A DNA stretch of 64,000 nucleotides from Raillietiella orientalis. Its lineage: Eukaryota. The stretch lies in the NCBI GenBank assembly GCA_036172245.1, contig JAYWIR010000019.1, positions 62,001-126,000 on the forward strand. Reading direction: 5' to 3'. Below are positions 23,897 through 38,481 of this stretch, in pieces. Numbering within the stretch: the stretch's first letter is position 1; the number at the start of each line of letters is the position of its first letter. The notes beneath the pieces were generated by a model, which saw only the letters and a program-made list of their open reading frames with translations, made no database searches and was not told the DNA's origin. The position numbers and the translations under genes were made by a program.

Positions 23897-26800
23897 CTGC
23901 GGGAGCAGTCAACGTCACCTGCAGCAGCCGCCTCTGGATAGGGACGAAGACCTGCCGCCGAGCGTGGGTCGCGTGGGAAGATCTGCGTCTCGCCAGCAAG
24001 GTCGGCACATTCCGGCGCCACCTTCTGGGAGGGGGGGGACGGTCTCATGGGTGGGAGGCAGGGCGCTCCCTGCAGCGAGACGCAAGAAGGCCGGTCCGAG
24101 GACGGGAAGCTCCGCTGCACCCGCCGAAGCCAGCGCTAAACCCCTCTCCGGTGACTCCAGACCTCGCTCGCCCCGCCGTGCAGGCGGCAGCGGCAGCACC
24201 TTTCCGGGGAACCACCGACCCGACCACCTCCCCCTCTTTCCCTTCTTTGGCCCCTAGCCTCCCCTCTTCCCCCAAACGGGTCCTCATCCGAGAAGCGCAT
24301 TCCAGCAGGCGGGAGGACGCACCTGGGGTGGGCGAAAGAGAGTCCCGCACACGTCCCGCATCTCCTCCACTTCTGGCCCGCGAGTCCTGGGGGAAGAGGG
24401 GGGAGGAGGGAAATGCAGCCGGGCAGGCCGCTTTTCGAGCGCTCCGAACGCTTCGGTCGCCGCTGGGAAGCGCCTCGCCGAGATGACGCTCGGCTCACCC
24501 GGTTGAGACGATCCCCGCGCTTTGCTCCGCCGTCGGCAGGAGCTCTGCTTCCGGCGGTCTCCCGCGCGTTGCCATCTTCTTCCACTTTGAGGGCTTGTTT
24601 CAGCACAAGCTCTGCATGAGTGCGTGGATCTGCCCCCAGCTGCGCGTCCTTGCTGCGAGCCTGCCCTCCGCTTCGGACAACGAACATGGGACGCGAGAAG
24701 AGGCACATGCTCCCCACCCCGCCCCCAAGTAAATCGGGACGAAGAAGGACGTCCCTAGCGTCCGCAGGTGACCGCAGTTGGTCTGCCGGACGAAGAGGAA
24801 AGTCTCCGCGAGCGAAAGACAAAGCAGAACTGCTGCTGCACCATCGCCCGATTATCACTGTAGCATCTGCGGCGCCTCATGGCTTGACCCTCACCGGAAC
24901 ATCGAGTTGTGGTGGTCCAGAGATAGGGGAAAAAAGTTCAGATTCTGTGAAGCGGCGCTTCCTGATGCCGACAGGGCGAAGGCAGGCTCTGCACCGGTCG
25001 GCAGAGGGGAAACTGCTTCCCACTGGCGCGTTCGGTCAGGTGCGGAGGTCAGCAACGGGAACCCTTGAAGCTGTCGAGCGTTAACAGCTGGGACACGTTG
25101 CTGCCGCCATAAAAATGAGAGATCCATGTGTACGATCCACACCATCCAAGTGCACGCGAAACCAAGCAAGAGTGGCGTGAAGACCACCATTCTGCGGGTA
25201 ACGAAAGACGGGAACGAAATTGGAGGAGGCTGGAATCGAACGCATTGCAGCGAGGGCAGAGGCAGCGCAGGGACATCGGATGAAAGCACAGAGCTATCCG
25301 TTCAGTGATGAAGCAGCAACAAGTCAAAGACAAGGAAAAATGGGAATTTCAGTGCAGTGCAACTCTTTGATCTTCGATGAAACCATCTCAAGGACGGACG
25401 GCTAAGGGCGGCGGGGCAGATGACGACCGCCTAACGAAGGCATAAGCCGCGTGCTTTACGAGGATCGAATCATTTGGAAGGCCGCTGGCGAACAGATGTA
25501 ATCTTGACTCACTCAACATGGGAACAGAATTCCCAATGGTCTCGTTGTAATCAGTCGAGGAGGTCCATGGCACAATGTGGAGGGGGGAGCTGCTTCGTCC
25601 GTCTTGTCGATCTTCCATTTCCTTCCTTTAATCGGTCATTCTGACCCACGAAACTTGCTTTTTCTTCCCTTCTTTGCGAAACAGTGTATACATTTCTGAG
25701 TCCTCCTTGACATCCCTTTAACTGTTGCATTCTTCTAGTCGTTAAAGAACGAAGAGAGCCACAGGTTTTTTTCAAAGAATACTAGGATCAGCTTTGCTGG
25801 CAGACAATCACAATACAAACATCCGCAATGATGAAACTGCCTTCTGTGTTATCCCTTTGCACCGCTTAGCACTTCAGATGGAAAGTAGCTACTAGAAAAA
25901 AACCAACCAAGAGAATGACACTACTCATGACTCGTTATCTGTTTCGATCTCCGGAATTGAGATCTTTTCGGGCAGAGTGACAATTCGGATCTTTTTCTAG
26001 CAGCGCTGCTTCAAGGATACAGTCTGAGTGAAATGGACATTCCGAACAACCAAAAAAGCTGATCCGTCGCTTCGTTTTGAGGGTGGAAACGCCGTACTGT
26101 GCGGAGTGGGTTCATCTCTAGGGGGCTTATCAAGACTGTTTGTACATACCGAAACAATCTTCAGTGAAAAGGAACGGAGTTGGAAATTTCTTAAATATGT
26201 GACATTTCAAGTTCATATTGCTTAACTTTCCGTGATCCTTCCAATGGATTGCTTCAGTCATTAGAAAACAAAACCGCAAACAAAAACACACACACACAAA
26301 AAAAAAAAAAAGAAAACAAAGTCGCAGAGGATGATAATATAAATCAACAGATGATCCTTTGGAGATAAACATATCAATCCACGTAATTGCATGGAATGAT
26401 TAGCCGAAATCGTTTGGATTCAAGTTTTATGAATGTTATGAAATGGAATGGGAAATGTTGTCTTAAGTAAGCGAGTTGATCCACCAGTTCTGTTAATTAT
26501 CGAACACACTGTGACCCTGAGCACTCGCACCTAAGGCGGAATTTAGATTCCACTCTTTATGAGCGGTTACAACTGAACAACCTGATATGATTTGATGTGC
26601 GTACGGTTGTCTTTTTTCCAGTAGCACATGTTCAGAAAGAAGATATTGCGAACGCATGGAATTCACGTAGCCTTCTATTGATGAAGATATTCCTCTATTT
26701 GAAGCAACTATTCCCCAGAGAAAAAGTTCGTGATTTTGGGGAAAGCATTCTTCTCTCTCACAAAAGTATACTCTTTTCAGAAACGAATCACCAGTGTTGT

Positions 26801-29800
26801 AGATAACTGTAACAGAAGGTGAGTTCTCTTCCATGAGGGGTATTCATTCATATGCAGATACGGATGCTGAAGAAACGTCTTCTGGAAACGTTTCTTATGC
26901 TGTTGTTTTCTGATGAACAAGAATGATACGAAAACTTTTTAAAGGAATATGACAGCGTACAACCTGTGCAGAATAATGTACAATTACAGGAATGACATTG
27001 ACTTATTCAGTTTATTTTCAATCGCCTATTTCTCTCGCATATCAAAATTGCTTCATTACTCATAATGGCATTGACACATAACCTATGTAGTTTGGAGAAG
27101 AAAAATTCAACTCAATTCTTAATCAACCGAATTAATAGCAATGACATTCTGACGTATCTGTTTTGGCAAAGATCGAAAACGAAATGGCATAGTTGCACAG
27201 AAATCTTATTTTCTGATTATGTAAAACCCAAGTTCACCTGACTAAGATTATTATGCACCATTTCATTAACGATGCACAGCACATACTTTTGATTGAACTG
27301 AGAATAAAACCTTTAAAAACTGGAATTGACTTAAAAGCAAAAACTGAACTTGGTAGCCTAAACTTACGCACATTCATAACACTTTTGATCAATAGACTTC
27401 ATGAACCCCTGATAAGCCAATAACAAGGACCACTCCTAACACTGAAGATTTTTATGTATTCACACCTTCATAACATGACAAAGTTTGCTGGTAGTAATAT
27501 CCAGCCAAACAAATGACCCATAATAGATGAATTCTTAGAACAAAATTATCAAATATTAATAAGATGTGTTATGAGAGTAAAGGCAGTAATATAATTTTAC
27601 AGTAACATTACCTTGATTAAAATATACAGTGTTTTTTTTAATATATATTTCTGATTCACTCTAAAACAATACACTATTTGCTATGTCCAACACATTTCAA
27701 GGGTTTCGAGTTTACTGACTGACTGAAATAATCTTGGTACCACTTAAAATGTCACCTTAAAATTCAAGCATACTTCATAAATATACACAATATTAATTGA
27801 CCATGTTGAAATTTGAGCACGCATTCTCACCATACTCCGAATGATGAGAATGTCAATAAATATTCTGTATGATAATGATTACTGACAGCACGGGTCCACT
27901 ACCGAGAGGTGATTTCATTCCCTATTCAACATAACAGTGCAATAAAACTGTTTTCATCAATAACCAGATCTGGTTCTAGCAGGCATATCAATTTAAAGAG
28001 TGCTTTTTCTGACTGCTATTTGCTTTTGCACCATGTGAATATTTCTTGAATTTGAAATTCTGCAAAAGAAGAACGTGTGAAGTTTGTATCAACTGATGTT
28101 GTGCTTGTCTTTTTGTACTTTTCTAATTCGTTTTAATGTGATGTACTTTTTGGAATTCGTTGTCTTCTACATTCTTACATATGAATTTGGATCATGATTT
28201 TAAAATTAAAAAGCCACTAGAAAAAAGGAATAGAGCAACACAAAAAAATCACAAACTGCTTTTCACAACTGAAATACTTATAAGATAAGACTTCATAATG
28301 ATAAACTTAATGAAAGTCAAGTATCTATTACTTGAGCATAGCAGACTGACTGTCTTACAATTTTTAATGTTGATGCAAACTTTGAGTGATTTCTATAGTG
28401 TTTTACTGATTAAAAATTAATCAACGAAAAGCAACTTTTGATCTTTAACCAGGAAACTAATAGTCAGTTTGAATAGACTATCTGTACTGTATCAAGGTCG
28501 AAATCTGTTGAAATCCAAACTGATTTCATTGTTACTTCTAATTTTTGGTACCTAGACTATGGATCTTCCAACAAACAATTGTTTTTTAAGACATAGAAGC
28601 TATCAGCATTTTTGCAAATACATAATTATTCCTGAAAATATCCACATCAGTGTGTAAGGAAATTGAAAAATGTATTTGAAAGATGTCAGCTTGCACATAT
28701 ATACTTTTTTTTAATGAATAGGGAACTTATCACCAAGTTATATTTGGTCCAATGAAATTTTCAATTCGCTAATGTATACTACTTACAAATCTACACTGCA
28801 CTACAAATTTACTGCAAAGTACTACTTGATAGTTTAAAAAAATTCGTTTTTTTCCCATGTGTGGAGCTTCTTGAGCTTTACATTTCCTAACTAAAACGCA
28901 AGCACTTCGCGAAACTTTGGGTCTTACTCTTCACTTTATGCTTCCTAAATCATAAATGGTGTTGTCTAAATAGAATCTGGCGTAGTGTGATGCCATAGTA
29001 TATATTCAAGCCACAGTAACTTCACAAGTGATGTAGGCAGTGCTGGTGCAAACCTACCTCTCCAGAACTAAATCCATCAACTTCTTCGCAAGAATATGAA
29101 ATATAATGTTTCGGCTTGATTTTATTTCCTTCTGCTTTATCTACTCTTTGTTTACCTATTTCAACATATTGTGCTTGATCCATTGCGACTTTTGGTAGAA
29201 GTCATAAGAACTTCAAAGAAAACCGCATTCAAGTAAAAATTTAAACTTCCTTGCTTTCAGAGTAAACATCCTGTCTCGCAAGAGCACATTTTATCCGATT
29301 CTTTCACCAGTTGAGCAGCATCACAAGCTTGGCTTTATGATGAGCATTGGGCTGATCACGAAAGTTACAACACGGATGCATTCTCGGATTCTTACAAAAC
29401 ATGAACATGAACAGAAGCATCGCATAAATTCTACGGAAATTATGAACATCCATCACAACCCTCTGCTGTATTTTCACTTTGTAATTCATTCACGTTTTTA
29501 CCAGTTCCACAAATGCACATCACTGCAGGCACGCATCATTAAGATGGTGGAGCTCTGGTTGCCAGATTCGCTTTTACCAGTAGCTACAATGAGAGCTAAC
29601 TCTTAATATGCAGAAATTTATGGCAATTCGAATTTAAAATGAATTGCAACAACGAAATAATGTGCAATTACAGCCTATGTACTCCTTCTGAAAGTAAATG
29701 TACCCATGAAAACACCTGTAAGGCTGGACCCACTCAAGAACGAAAAGCAATTTGCATTCAGCCAGTATGTCATCTCACCAACACTTCAAGATCCTAACCA

Positions 29801-32800
29801 AATATTGTGAATGTTAATCAATTACCATCGTGCGAGTGAACAAAGAAAATTATTGAATTCTGTTGAAAATACTGCTTTTGATGCACCGAATCTTCCAGAT
29901 AATAATAGGTTGCTTCTGAGGACAAATATTGGAAGGCTCGATGAACTCCTCTAAATTTGATTTCAGCTGTAAAACCATTTTTAGAGACAATTTATAAGGC
30001 ACAACTTCTACTTCATGGTCACCTTTTTTCTCTCTCTCCTGTGCTTATGAGTACATAACCTGGTACGTCTCCAGTACACGATCATTTAATATGCAGTGTA
30101 TACCAAATAATTGTACACTATATATTGAAGCATTCTACTGCAATTGTATGCAGGTTATCAAATTTTATTACCATAATAGATGAAATTTGTAATGAACAAC
30201 AAACACTGATAATTCTCATGAACATTAAATAACTTGTAAAACGATAAATTATCGGACATAAAGAACGTTATTCATTAGCTTTAGAGGTGATGCAAAAATC
30301 GCTGATTAGTTTCCACTTTTAGTGAATGTGTTTCATTATTGATGTAACGTACCAAAGCTTCGTACGAGTCTTGAATCCATGAATGTTTGTAAATGTGACA
30401 TTAATGCGTTAAATGGCTTTGTACGAATAGAAAATGCAAATGTTGAGAAAAAGACAATTTTTTTTAATCATGGCATCAAAGATATCAATAATAATTACAA
30501 AACTACATTTAAAGAACACCATTTTGTTAAGACTTCAAGCAAAGCGTTTTCCTGAATCCAAATCGTTTAATGCTTTCAACTTATATACATCTTAGATCAA
30601 TTTTTTTGTGATAGACTAATAAAATTTTATATTGAAATTATCATGAGCTTCACTATAAAACGTAAGGACCAACGATTGCCATCATTCAGAATTTGAAACA
30701 CAAAGGACAACATTCGAACTTGAAAACTGGACAACTTTTAGAAAACTAGTAAAGCTTCCAAGTAATCATATTTGTTTCAGTGACTTAACAACTAAATATA
30801 TATTCCTCTATATAGAAAATTTACCAAAAAATTTAAACATTGATATGACTTGACATCAAAAACTCGAAAGAAAAGAAGTTTTCTCTGACTGAAACTCACT
30901 TTTAAAAGACAGTGATGTCAAAAATAGTGTGCTTTCAATTTGAAACCATTTTTCAAAATGAAGATTTTTAAAAAAAATCAAAGAAATGTTTTGTTGGATT
31001 TCTTGAAAGTAATTCTATTCCATTAGCCCAATTTCAGGCACCATTTTTATTTTCAGTGTGACTGTCGGCTTCGTAGGCACCTTATAATTGCTGTCAGATG
31101 GGAGTCTGCCTGCAACTCTAGAACACGCAAGTCAAAAACACAAAAGGAGGACCCCTTTCTTAAGTTTTCTAAAAATCGAGATCGCCTTTCATATGAGAAC
31201 CAGGAAGCTACGAAGCAGCGAAAGTGTCATCCAAAGTTAGCAGAACGTTTCAAATATATGAAGATATTGCGTTTGAAAGTGTTTTCAGAGCTTCCAAATA
31301 CCAAAATACATTTATTGTTTAATTTGCAATCACTATGATAAATCTTCATTGTTTGGGGGTGATCAGTGATGTTTCAGAAGGATCGCTTCGATAATTCTTC
31401 CGTACAATTTTCATCCACAGTCGTGGATAAGAATTTCACCGGATAGTGTTATTTGATATAATGCAATAGGTAGAAAATGTTTCGTTTGAAACGAATAATG
31501 AGCCTTGAATGACATCCGATAGAATTATAAGAGAAAAAATGAATTGCTATCTGTTCTCTCATCTATTGATCAATAACATCTATTGATGTTATTGATCATT
31601 CCATAAGCCAATCTTGGAACAAAAGTCAATCAGCACATTGTGATTCCAGATCTTTCATGCGATTTAGGCACCTCAGTGGTTGACTTGCCTTATCGAATGC
31701 TTTGAATTGCTATTCCAGTTGACTGCTGATGACGCAATTAATCAAAAGTTTAAGATATATTTTGATGAAGGGAAAGAATAATGTCTGAGAAGTTTAATGA
31801 GAAGCGGAAAATAAAATTAAAAAAGGTGCGGCTTTCTTAATGATTTGCAGAAACTAAGAAATCCACGAATTCCACATAATCAAGACAAAGATGCCTTACT
31901 AACATCTAAGAAATATTTTAATATTCAAGAACTTTAGTAATCTCTTCTATGACTAGGGTTCACATAGGAATCGTTTCCTTGCTCAGAGATAAATTCTGTT
32001 TTTTTATTCTGTTTCGACAAACAGAGCAAATCTTTTGCGATTTGTCGCTTTTTTGGTCTTCTGTTCTCCAGCAAACTAATCTTTTGAAGTAGCCCATGAG
32101 AGCCTCTTGAACGTTTGTGTTTATGAAGTCTGACTTTGAGATGCGAAAAGTGTTTACTTCCTTTTATTACTTTTTACATATGCACTTCTTTGTTTCCGGC
32201 ACTGAATACTCCTTCTTGCTGAATATAATTCGAGAAGTATATTTCAAAGATTTGCACCATCCTCTATACGGCCTTACATTTCTATTTTTTTAAGAAGAAT
32301 AGGTTTCCTATATAACGCATTTAATAGAAGAATATTAAACAATGTGCTTAATAAAGTTGAATACAAATTAGTATTAAATCACCAATATCAAATCGATATC
32401 GATAAGAATCATATTATCCTGAGAAATTTTTGCATATGTTTACAAGGTTTTTAGAAAGTGAAAGCTCAATTTTGCTTTCACATCTTGTTTTGTATCTTTC
32501 TTAACATTTATGCTTTATTTTTGTTCATTATTATAATAAATGTGTATTTTATTTATTTAAGAGTGAAAAAAAGAGACCACTGTTTCCTTTCAAAATCTTA
32601 CACTGTAAATTAAATCCATGAGCTTAAGATTGACTATTAAATTAAACTATAAGTTTAATATTACTATAAGCTTAGTAGCTATTCAGCATAGCAAATGCAA
32701 TGTATACTGTTAACGAAGCCAAGAGTTTGTTTTATTTTCAACTTCCGATGAACGCATATATTATTGTTTAACTTGTTTTGCCATCCAAAATCTGAGATTC

Positions 32801-34552
32801 GAGTGTTAATACTAATACTCGGTTAAGGAGGAAAAGCAAAGCACTTCAAACTGGGAGAAATGAAAATTCTTTATGAAATACCAAATATTAGAATGAAGAA
32901 ATTAAAGTCAGTGAGGGTTTTATTTTGGAATTAAAGTGCTTTATGCACAAATTCAATACTGACCTTTATTCTCTTACGAGGATTGATCATTACTTAAAAC
33001 TCCTGATTGCTTTCCCATCAGACTAAGTCCATATAGAAAGTATATATGTGGTTTCCATGAAATATCCTCAATTATTGTATTAGTGAGACTATATTTCCTA
33101 TGACAATTTGAGTGATTTAGTTCATCAATTCAACAATATATAATCTATGTTATACAATTATGTGTAAACAGGAATGGGTCATTATAATAAATCATTAAAT
33201 TAAAATTAATGTAACATTTTTAAAATTTATTTGAAGAATGTAAAAGTTTATCATGGGTTTAGTTTTGTCACATATCTTTCAAAAAATAAAGGCTGTTCTG
33301 TATCTACCACAATGTTACTGATGAAGCTTTCTTCTGAGACATTTGTTGCGTCCCGAAATTGTACTTTGAAAATCTATCTTCTGATGAATTTATGTTATGT
33401 AAATAAAGGAAATTTATATTTAAAATACAAAGCAGTATGTTAAATCATGAGAACTTTTAATTCAGCTATGTTTTTTTTCGAACATAAATCTAATGCATTT
33501 TTAAGCTGTAATTTTCAATTAACTTCGAAGAGGCGGAAGCTTGATTTTTAGCGAATTAATAGATAATAAAATTAAGATAATTTTTTTATTAATAAATAGC
33601 ATGTTAATCTAAGATATTTTTTGTTTTCTGTTAATGAGAATCATTATTCAATAAGCGAATTTGCTTGTTTTCAGAATAATTTGAATAAGGATGGTATTTC
33701 TGTATACTTGCTTGATTTTATCTATTTGTTTATGAATTTGGATGCTGCTTATTTGAACGATATAGCATAATCAAGTTTATTATGAATATGGAAAAGGTAT
33801 TTTAATTTCTTATGTTCGCATATGAATCACTGCAGTATTGTAGTCATAGGAAAATTGTTTTGTGTTAAGAAAGTTCAATTTTGTAATACAGCTAGCTCAA
33901 TATACTTTTTTGATTGCTGTCGCCGGTAATGTAGTATAAGTCTCGTTCAGTTTGGCCACTTATCGAATTTATTTATTAACTTTAAAAGATGTATATTTTT
34001 GGAAATAATTTGCTTATTGTCATTATTATTTGTAGCAAGATTTGAAAGCATTACATTAAAGGAGAATAAGAAGTTTCATTTTTTTGACAGAGGCTCATGT
34101 AGTGGGCACTTAGCGAACATTTGTAAACGAGATGGGATAATATATATCGTGTGAGGATGCGACAGAGTGTAGAAGAATTCAAGTGATCAAATTAATTAGT
34201 TTCAAGATGAGCTTCCATCAAAAATATTGGGACTAGCAATGGTATTAAGTTATAATTTTATCACAACCATAGATATGGCGAATACGCTTAAAAGCAGCTA
34301 CTTATAGTTGGTAAGTATGTTTGGAATATTGTCACTTGTTTTGTAAAACAGCAAATTAGTAAATAGATTTATTACTAATAGTGAAAAATGTAAATACACT
34401 TTTGTTCAAGTGGAGTACATGTGACACTTACATGCTTTAATGTAATTTTGTTTATGATTTGCCACTCATACATGATTATTTATCTCTCTTGAATGTAAAT
34501 ACTGATTTTATTTGCATTTGCATGTAAAAACTTTGTTTTTTTAAGAAGGTGC

Positions 34553-36423
34553 ATGGCCTCTTCTCAAGATGCTTGGTATTTGGCATTGCTGGGTCTTGCT
34601 GAACACTTCCGGACCAGTTCGCCACCTCAAATTCGACCTTGTATCCAGTGTTTACAAGCTGTGTTTCAATTCCGTCCCCCTCCACGAGTGGAAGCCCGAA
34701 CCCATCTTCAGTTAGGCACCTTACTTCTGGCTCATACCAGTAATCTGGATTTGGCAAAGTCTCACTTGGAACAAGCTGTAAGAATTTAAACATGGGTTCA
34801 GGATCTAGTCTTTTTGTTTGTCAGTGGCTCATGGCTCAAGGGTTAAATGCATTTGATGAACTCAAATTTGAAGCTGCTAGCATGCTTGCTGAGCTATATG
34901 AGCAACAAGAACAGCCACAGCTTGCCAAACCTGTTCTTCGCAAGGCTATTGAATTATCACAGGCCAGTGTCTTCTGGCATTGTCGTCTTTTATTTCAGCT
35001 GGCACAGATACATGCTCATGAAAAAGACTATTTATTAGCCTTAAGTCTTCTTAGTGTGGGCAGTGATTATGCCCAATTATCAGGAACCCAGTACACATGG
35101 GTTCTGTTTCTCCTGAGTCGAGCTCTATTACTTCTCGCTCAGCGCCAGATATCTGAAGCTCAGCCATTAATGGCACAGGCTGGGGCCATTATTGAAAACT
35201 GGCAAGAAAGTGCTTCCCAAAGGGAGCATCTGCGAGCATTTTTTCTTGTACTGCAGGTGAGCAGTGCATTGCAAGGTGGTCGTGCCAAAAGTGGCAAACC
35301 TGCTCTGAAACAGTTACAGCAGAGTGTTCAGGCCTTATCTAGCACTGAAGAAGAACCTATTAACTCCACAAGTCGATTTTTGTGGCTTCCCCGAGATCAG
35401 TTGTGTGCTGTTGCATATGTGCTTACAGTGGCACATTCAATGGCTGCTGGATATATGGACAAAGCCCTAAAATATACTGAGCGTGCTCTCGCACAAATTG
35501 AACGCTTACAAGATACCCCCTTGTGTGCTTCCCTGCATGTCGCATTGAGAGAGCATGTTGCAATGTGCCATTTGGTAACCGGACGAAAAAGTGCAGCAAT
35601 TTGTGAAATTGCCCAGGCCATCCAATTTTGTCACCACCATCCAAAACTTATGCACATGCGGCAAGCCCAATTGCATATGCTTTTAGGACTTTATGCCATG
35701 AGTATGAGTTGTCTGGATGCCTCTGAAGCTCATTTCCTGGCCTCTCTACGGATAGCTGCCCCTGCCCAACAATACGAGTTATGTGCATTTGCCAATCTGA
35801 ACTTGGCAATTGTGTACCTAAGAGGACGTCGTCCTGCAGATGCTGCTGCCTTGTTAGAGAGGTTAAACCCTGAAACTTTGTTATCTCATGCCCTCAGAGC
35901 AGCTGCCTATTTTGTTCATGGTTTAAGAGCATTTTTTTCTGGACGCCATCAAGAAGCTAAGCGACATCTACGTGAAGCTTTGAAAACCGCTAATGCTGAA
36001 GATCTGAACAGGCTTACTTCGTGTTCTTTGGTTCTGCTGGGACACATTTTTCTGGCACTGGGCAACAGTAGGGAGAGCATGAATATGGTGACACCAGCCA
36101 TGCATCTAGCTAGCAAAATCCCTGATGTTCATGTTCAGTTGTGGGCATCTGCCATACTTCGAGATTTGCATAGGCTGGGAGGGACAGGTGCTCATGAGCA
36201 TGAGCAGTTGCACATGCAATTCTCAGATACATTACTGCGTGAGCACTTACAGAGTGCTCAGCTTGCTGAGCATGCACTCATTCACTGGACAGATGGTGGA
36301 CCTCCTTCTTTAAGTTGCCCGGCCACAGGAAACAATTCCCCCTCTACAAGTGCTGCATCCCATTTGACAAACCTGACTCCTCTTTTAATAAATCCCTCAG
36401 CTGACTCAGCTGCAATGATCTGA
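34553..36423 (+). CDS. MAU2: MAU2/Scc4 cohesin-loader subunit, 607 aa, 2 exons
   Basis: Exons 34553-34777 and 34825-36423 with a 47-nt GT-AG intron. N-terminus [18 protein letters not shown]...[10 protein letters not shown]-terminal [20 protein letters not shown]...[22 protein letters not shown]. Confidence 0.97.
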
Positions 36424-37354
36424 CTTGCAATGTGTGTAGTGCCCTGGATATTCCCCTCCGGTGTTTTTTAAGATTCAGTTGTGGGTATTTATATTTGCCA
36501 GTGTGTTAAAGTTCCCATGTGTTGGGCCAAACAATGGCAGCCCTAGTAAGTCAACTAATGTTGCTGTTCATGTTCATCAAGATCTCCCAACTGATGTCCA
36601 GCTCCACTATTCAATTTGACGTATTTACGTTTTAAATTGACCTTTTATTATCATGTCACATTCCTGTGGATGCATCTGCTATGGAACTTGTTGCCTATAT
36701 TTAAGCCCGTATGCATTCCACATCTTTGGAAGTTTACTTCACTTGACCACTCACATTAATCAAAATACAGCTACCTTTGCTAAAATAACCAGCATTTGCA
36801 GTATGCATGAAATTGTGCATTTCAGATGATTACACAGAAACCTACAGTTACTGTAACGTACAAAAATGGAATAATCTCATCTATTCTGCATACTCTCTAC
36901 CATGAGACAAAATGCGAAATCTCAGAGCGCACTGATAATTTCATGGATTAAAATCTTGTAAGGACAACTGCATGATTTGTGATTTTTATGAGGAAAATCA
37001 CATTATGAAAGCTGTGGTTATTCAGAATCAAAAGCTGCTCAGCTCCACTGATCCAGTCTGCTAGATTGCAGCTACATCAGAAAGAATGTATGTATTTGTG
37101 TAATCTCATTTACCAAATTTACTCATGTTAACTATTATGTATTTTGACAAAATATTCATCTTTTCCTACTACCAAAAATTATTCTTGTTCTGAATGCAAG
37201 ATACAAGAATGCATAATGCAAAGCATCTCATATTCACTTAATGTATTTATAAATAGCTTTTCCTTTCACATATGGGCAACTGTTGTTATGTTTGGCCAAC
37301 TTTCACCATTTAATCTCATTCAGCCTGGCATTTTTCAGCACCCAACAACTTATC

Positions 37355-38481
37355 TTATGTGATGCCCAGTTTGGATAAGACTGACTTATGTTGGCTATCA
37401 TATGTGGCCATGCACAGCAAAATATTGTCAACCATGTCATCTGCAGTTTTTGTTTGTCCATAATAGTCAACAAACTGGCCATCTGGATCAATCAAATATA
37501 TGATAATGGTATGATCCACCTAAAGAATGCACACAACAGTGAATCACATTTAGGACATTCTTTCTTACAATGTAATCATTGTCTTCATCCTTTGGACCAG
37601 CACTGAAATAAACTCTAAATGATTTGCAAGTTTCAGCAATTTTTTCTGTGGGGCCAGTCAATCCCATAAGGCGGGGGTGGAATTCTGCCACATACTGACC
37701 AACAACTTCTTGTGTATCTCTGAAGGGGTCCACTGTTATGAACAGGGGTTGCAATTTTTCCTTCAAACCCTGATTATCTAATTTAATATAATGGAATTAT
37801 CAATCTTGATAAACTTGCACACATCACCTAACTTTGTGACAACTTGACCTAATTTTTCTAGTTCATCTGGACACACATCTGGACAGTGAGTAAAGCCAAA
37901 ATATATTAATAACCATTTTCCATTGAAATCCTCGGATTTTCGAATCTGCCCTGTGTGATCTACCAATTCAAAGCGACCACCGATGGCAGCTTTACCCAAG
38001 TGTCGTTTTTCTTCTTGTTCTATAACTGCAAATGACAACACGTCAATGTGATGCTAACATTCACACGTGCAATGAAAATTTGCTTACTCAAGCACCACTT
38101 ATAGCATTAAATTACAATTACATTTTTCTTTTTTCCTTTTCAGATACAGCATGTATGTTAAAAGGCATCCCGCACAAACACTTGTTATTCCAAAGCTCCT
38201 CCAGGTGATTGGGCTGAAAGACTTTTTCTTTGTCTCTTTCACATGAGGATTACTGGAATCTGATAAATTCTAACAATGCTGTTTGGAGAAAATGAAGAAA
38301 TCGGAAGACTTTATTTTACCTGAGACGAGATCACAGAACCTCTTGTATGCAGAAACAAATTACCAATGGTGCCCTTGAACAAGCATCTTGTTTTTTTACC
38401 ATAGCCTAAAATGCTGGACTTTTGCAGCAACGAATAACTATTCTCCGCCAGCTTTTTCGAAATATACGGCGCATTTGTCAT
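37355..38481 (-). CDS. SCO1: SCO1/SCO2-family cytochrome c oxidase copper chaperone, 293 aa, 5 exons
   Basis: Exons 38481-38320, 38269-38122, 38025-37828, 37777-37569, 37519-37355 (882 nt). PITWRS before the TM helix, [30 protein letters not shown] (CxxxC), FITVDP.RD, DYIVDHTII (Cu-binding His). Exon 1 is the least certain. Confidence 0.93.

Noticed and set aside
27842..27886. C/D-box-like ATGATGA...CTGA
   Set aside because: Only ~45 nt, with no terminal stem or identifiable rRNA guide.
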